Source: Ophelia neglecta
Taxonomy: Eukaryota
Assembly (NCBI GenBank): GCA_965285935.1
Contig: OZ260663.1
Location: 35,092,001 to 35,156,000, forward strand
Length of the DNA: 64,000 bases
Direction: 5' to 3'
Part shown: positions 61,963 to 64,000 of the stretch, piece after piece
Numbering within the stretch: the first letter of the stretch is position 1
How the letters are laid out: every line of letters begins with the position of its first letter
Notes under the pieces: model-generated
What the model was told of the DNA's origin: nothing
Database searches by the model: none
What the model saw: the letters and a program-made list of their open reading frames with translations, nothing else
Made by a program: the position numbers and the translations under genes

Positions 61963-63809
61963 CTGAAACACCGTAAATTTTATTCTAGGCAGCAGGTCAT
62001 AGTGAGCACAAAAATGTTCTACAAAAATATCAAGTTGGCCTACAACAGAGGCCATGCATTATCAAGTCTTTAACACCCGTTTTCGGCCGTGGCTGACACC
62101 TGCACGTGTAATTGTGTTCTGGGTAATTTAATTGACCGACAAGGTTTGTCAGGCCATCATCTGATGTGATTGATATCTGATCCTGAAGCAACCATTCAGT
62201 GGTTGTGCGGCTTATCTAGTTTTCTTTGAGTGTAGATAATACCTAAATATTCCAGGGTGATTTGTATATACATGTATGTGAAAGTGAAAGGTTATGACCT
62301 ATAACATACTTTTGTCCCTTAATTATCTTTTTTGCTTATATATTTATTCTTCACCAAAATATTATACAATTGTACTCTATAGGCCTATATTAATATTTCT
62401 GATAACTTATGTAAATGTAAGGTCGTCCAGTGCTTACGACATCTGCTAATTCCTGACGTTCGTGTATAACTATACCTACTATTTTTTTTTGTTTTATTTT
62501 ATTGTCCTCATCAAGACTCCTTATTATGAAAAATGCAACGTTGGGATATATGATTAAATAGTACAAAAGAAAACGTCCATGTGTTTTCAGGATGTAATTT
62601 ATATCATGAATAGGTTACACCTTTTTGATGGCAGCCTTAACAATGTGACACACCTGCCTCTCAGGAAAATAATGATGTCATTTGTCACCGACTTCCATAT
62701 TACGGTAAGAAATATCATTAAATCCAAAATATGCTTGAGCCTCCTCCAGGGAACTGAGCAGTAACATAAATATTTGTGGTGAAGGACCGCACTAATGCTA
62801 AAATGCATTCCTAAGTGACCTCCTATTTAGTCATAGAGATCCAAGCTGCACGACTACTGTGAACTCACGTTCAATATTTAAATGGCCTTACTGTCATCTG
62901 AAGGCCATTTATGTCAGTAAGGCAATTTCTATTTGTTATTTAGTCATTATTTGGGTGTCACTTAGGCCATTTTTACACTACTTGGTGTAACTTAACAAAT
63001 ATTAATAATATGCAACAGCGTTACTGAGGCCATTTTCATTGTGGATGTAGGCACTTAGGCCATTTTAGAATTAGTGTGACAACTTATGGTTTATTTTGTG
63101 TAATAACCTGAAAATGGTCAAGGGCAAGTTCCTACGTCACACAGGAGAAACCATTGAAGAAACCTTAACTGTAGTGTAAGTCAGTTTCGTGGGGAAAGGA
63201 TTGCTTGTAAAACTAAACATGTCTGTTTAACTCTGACATTTAAAGTGGGATATACAATGCCTTGAACAAAAGATGCGGAAACAGAACAACATAAAATTGT
63301 GTAGGAAAATAAAATAGGCGTACCTATGCCCGAGAAACATCTCACTTTACAAAAAATATTGTCTGCTGGCTGTGCCATAAGAAATGTGGGTGGGGCAGGG
63401 GGAGGAGGCGGGCCTCCGAAACTTTTCTAGTAATGTTCCGACCCCTTGGTGTTTGAAATATATCGAAGGCCCAGGAAGCGATATCCGGTTTCAGCATACT
63501 TATATATATTCATATACTGGACGTGTCCTACTCTTGCTAGTTGTATAAATCATGTTTTAAATGCCAATGGATGTCCTTTAATAGTCTTTTTAATTTTGTC
63601 CCATGTGCATCTATCGTTGTGCATTTTCTTTATCCCCGGATAAATGTTAATCACATTGATACGGAACCAACTACACTTTGGTTTTGTATGTAGATAGTTC
63701 TGAGCTAACAATGAAACAAAATTGTAATTGAATTACATTTAATTTTGCTCTGTTGACCTTCATGGGATACCTCCAAATTACCTCCAGAGTGTCAGAAGCG
63801 GTTTAAGCC

Positions 63810-63946
63810 AGTAGTCCACCATGTTTTTATGAAACAGGGGCAACAATTTAGAACAGTTGATACTCTGCTGGCCATCCACAGACAGACTGTAAGGACCAAC
63901 TGTTCTAAATTGTTGCCCCTATTTCACGAAAGCATGTTGGACGACT
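63810..63946. repeat. Long imperfect palindrome (~55-bp arms, ~27-bp spacer)
   Basis: 63810-63864 matches the reverse complement of 63892-63946, including the perfect core AGGGGCAACAATTTAGAACAGTTG. Confidence 0.85.
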
Positions 63947-64000
63947 CCCATAATTCATAACAAATTATCAATATATTTTATACATGTGTAGTTGATATTG

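Noticed and set aside
62810-63070. Repeated (T/G/A)AGGCCATTT motifs in both orientations
   Set aside because: Possibly subterminal repeats of a decayed DNA transposon, but no TIR or TSD could be defined.
62240-63378. Candidate gene C first exons (MYIQITLEYL; MAQPADNIFCKVRCFSGI)
   Set aside because: They are phase-compatible but not signal-peptide-like and have weak donors. Left unresolved.

Overview
AT-rich, intron-containing animal DNA, probably a marine lophotrochozoan invertebrate (inferred from the SINE type and gene families; the taxon cannot be fixed from sequence alone). Most ORF-track entries are spurious or are exons read through into introns. Manual splice-site reconstruction gives four genes. 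Three are paralogous type I membrane receptors built as signal peptide - SUEL/Gal_Lectin - CUB - short sushi/CCP-like module - stalk - glycine-zipper TM - tyrosine-motif tail: gene A (minus, 10414-3201, 479 aa), gene B (plus, 26071-31167, 472 aa) and gene C (minus, 61962-57840, signal exon not found). A and B are head-to-head. The fourth, between B and C, is a 211-aa homologue of the plant 'pathogen-related protein' (NTF2/SnoaL-like; 50706-53983). Its intron 2 holds a ~190-bp insertion flanked by a target-site duplication and carrying a minimal hammerhead ribozyme, and its intron 1 holds a Tc1/mariner-type MITE. Other repeats are a 2.66-kb CACTA-like element carrying a 44-bp satellite, an internally deleted tRNA-SINE, several LINE/Gypsy relics, a 47-bp minisatellite, a four-copy dispersed repeat and a long palindrome. 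All family assignments are by motif recognition; no searches were run.
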